From: Ranitomeya imitator
Lineage: Eukaryota
Length of the DNA stretch: 64,000 bases
Direction: 5' to 3'
Assembly (NCBI RefSeq): GCF_032444005.1
Contig: NC_091290.1
Coordinates: 153,822,001-153,886,000 of the forward strand
The notes beneath the pieces are model-generated. The model did not search any database, was not told the DNA's origin, and worked only from the letters and a program-made list of their open reading frames with translations. This document shows, in pieces, positions 61,640-64,000 of this stretch (its first letter is position 1; every line of letters begins with the position of its first letter). The translations under genes and the position numbers were made by a program.

Positions 61640-61930
61640 GTCGGGCGCAGTCCCAGTGACGTCATCTCTGCGCCGTGTCGCCGGTGTGAGTAGCCGCCAT
61701 CTTTTTGGAGTCCTCTCCTCTTCCTTACCTGAGACCGGCGCCTCCGCTTCGTCCTCAATGACGTCAGGATCCAGCAGCCGCCATATTGAGTGCGGGCAGA
61801 GGCGGCGGAGCAGCTAATCTGGCGTGACGTGCTGACGTAACGGCTGTGGTGACGTGCGCGTCTCCGTCGTGCCCGGTGCACAGTGACGCGCCTGCTGCTC
61901 CGTGACTGGCTGATTCCAAGATGGCGGCCT
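61640..61930 (+). promoter_or_regulatory. GLG1 CpG-island promoter with CRE and YY1 motifs
   Basis: TGACGTCA at 61657-61664 and 61759-61766; further TGACGT half sites at 61825-61855; GCCGCCAT(C/A)TT at 61693 and 61777; CAAGATGGCGGC over the ATG. Confidence 0.65.
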
Positions 61931-62190
61931 GCGGACGTGTCCGGCTGTGGTGCTGGCTGGTGGCGAGCGCGGTGCTGCCTCTGCTCGTGTGCCCGGGGGT
62001 CCGGGCTGAGGGGGCTGGAGCGGAGGCGGGCGCCGGAGCGGCTCAACCTGCGGCCTCCCAGCCCCGCAGACTCCCCGGCATCAGACTGATCGAGGAAGAG
62101 GCCTGCCGGGAGGACATCAGCCGCATCTGCCCCAAGAACGCCTGGAACAACAACCTGGCCGTGCTGGAGTGCCTGCAGGACGTGCGGGAG
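61921..62190 (+). CDS. GLG1: Golgi glycoprotein 1 (MG-160/ESL-1) exon 1; the gene continues beyond the window
   Basis: MAACGRVR plus hydrophobic signal peptide; first Cys-rich GLG1 repeat EEEACREDISRICPKNAWNNNLAVLECLQDVRE; donor GAG|GTGAGG at 62191; downstream of RFWD3. Confidence 0.93.
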
Positions 62191-62195
62191 GTGAG

Positions 62196-64000
62196 GCGGA
62201 GACCCCCCAATATACAGAGACCCCCGAGAGACGGAGACCCCCAATATACAGAGAGCCCCCCGAGAGACGGAGACCCCCAATATACAGAGAGCCCCCCGAG
62301 AGACGGAGACCCCCCCAATATACAGAGCCCCCCGAGAGACGGAGACCCCCAATATACAGTGAGCTCCCCGAGAGACGGAGACCCCCAATATACAGAGAGC
62401 CCCCCCGAGAGACGGAGACCCCCAATATACAGAGCCCCCCGAGAGACGGAGACCCCCAATATACAGAGAGCCCCCCGAGAGACGGAGACCCCCAATATAC
62501 AGAGCCCCCCGAGAGACGGAGACCCCCCCGAGAGACGGAGACCCCCCCGAGAGACGGAGACCCCCCCGAGAGACGGAGACCCCCAATATACAGAGAGCCC
62601 CCCGAGAGACGGAGACCCCCCCGAGAGACGGAGACCCCCAATATACAGAGAGCCCCCCGAGAGACGGAGACCCCCAATATACAGTGAGCTCCCTGAGAGA
62701 CGGAGACCCCCAATATACAGAGAGCCCCCCCGAGAGACGGAGACCCCCAATATACAGAGCCCCCCGAGAGACGGAGACCCCCAATATACAGAGAGCCCCC
62801 CGAGAGACGGAGACCCCCAATATACAGAGCCCCCCGAGAGACGGAGACCCCCCCGAGAGACGGAGACCCCCAATATACAGAGAGCCCCCCGAGAGACGGA
62901 GACCCCCAATATACAGTGAGCTCCCCGAGAGACGGAGACCCCCAATATACAGAGAGCCCCCCCGAGAGACGGAGACCCCCAATATACAGAGCCCCCCGAG
63001 AGACGGAGACCCCCAATATACAGAGAGCCCCCCGAGAGACGGAGACCCCCAATATACAGAGCCCCCCGAGAGACGGAGACCCCCCCGAGAGACGGAGACC
63101 CCCCCGAGAGACGGAGACCCCCAATATACAGAGAGCCCCCCGAGAGACGGAGACCCCCAATATACAGTGAGCCCCCCGAGAGACGGAGACCCCCAATATA
63201 CAGAGAGCCCCCCGAGAGACGGAGACCCCCCCAATATACAGAGCCCCCCGAGAGACGGAGACCCCCAATATACAGTGAGCCCCCCGAGAGACGGAGACCC
63301 CCAATATACAGAGAGCCCCCCGAGAGACGGAGACCCCCAATATACAGAGAGCCCCCGAGAGACGGAGACCCCCAATATACAGAGAGCCCCCGAGAGACGG
63401 AGACCCCCAATATACAGAGAGCCCCCCGAGAGACGGAGACCCCCAATATACAGAGAGCCCCCGAGAGACGGAGACCCCCAATATACAGAGAGCCCCCGAG
63501 AGACGGAGACCCCCAATATACAGAGAGCCCCCCGAGAGACGGAGACCCCCAATATACAGTGAGCTCCCCGAGAGACGGAGACCCCCAATATACAGAGAGC
63601 CCCCGAGAGACGGAGACCCCCAATATACAGAGAGCCCCCCGAGAGACGGAGACCCCCAATATACAGAGAGCCCCCGAGAGACGGAGACCCCCAATATACA
63701 GAGAGCCCCCGAGAGACGGAGACCCCCAATATACAGAGAGCCCCCCGAGAGACGGAGACCCCCAATATACAGTGAGCTCCCCGAGAGACGGAGACCCCCA
63801 ATATACAGAGAGCCCCCCGAGAGACGGAGACCCCCAATATACAGAGAGCCCCCGAGAGACGGAGACCCCCCCCGAGACACAGAGACCCCCCAATATACAG
63901 AGCCCCCCGAGAGACGGAGACCCCCAATATACAGTGAGCCCCCCAAGAGACGGAGACCCCTCAATATACAGAGCCCCCCGAGAGACGGAGACCCCCCGAG
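62196..64000. repeat. About 36-bp minisatellite in GLG1 intron 1, runs off the right edge
   Basis: Unit GAGAGACGGAGACCCCCAATATACAGAGAGCCCCCC, starting within about 10 nt of the donor site. Confidence 0.96.

Noticed and set aside
61660-61784. Minus-strand protein-coding gene starting MAA at the leftward YY1 motifs
   Set aside because: Both ATGs hit TGA within 6 and 12 codons.
58941-63964. Pro/Gly-rich collagen- or mucin-like ORFs, and the 332-aa extension of the GLG1 ORF
   Set aside because: These are repeat translations. GLG1 homology stops exactly at a canonical donor (62190/62191).

Overview
This is vertebrate (very probably frog) genomic DNA, not prokaryotic. It carries three co-oriented + strand genes in the conserved order MLKL - RFWD3 - GLG1. 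MLKL (necroptosis pseudokinase) has 10 coding exons at 10442-33989 with an apparent one-base frame break in the 27645-27695 exon. RFWD3 (RING/WD40 E3 ligase) has 12 coding exons at 49235-58283 and is intact at about 742 aa. Only exon 1 of GLG1 is present (61921-62190). Roughly half of the window (about 34 kb by my tally) is minisatellite arrays with 15-79 bp units, which explain nearly all the long ORFs in the supplied track. Other content is a decayed full-length chromodomain Ty3/Gypsy element nested in a Harbinger-type MITE, five solo-LTR copies inside minisatellites (three from one triplicated ~2 kb block), further MITEs, a hAT element, an L1-type LINE fragment, a Penelope-like remnant with a hammerhead-ribozyme-like motif, and a 179-N gap. 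I found no convincing new biological system. The best leads are the MLKL frame break, the LTR amplified by minisatellite block duplication, the hammerhead variant and a tandem IRF/ISRE element at the putative MLKL promoter. All coordinates and comparisons were read by eye; comparisons to human proteins are from memory.
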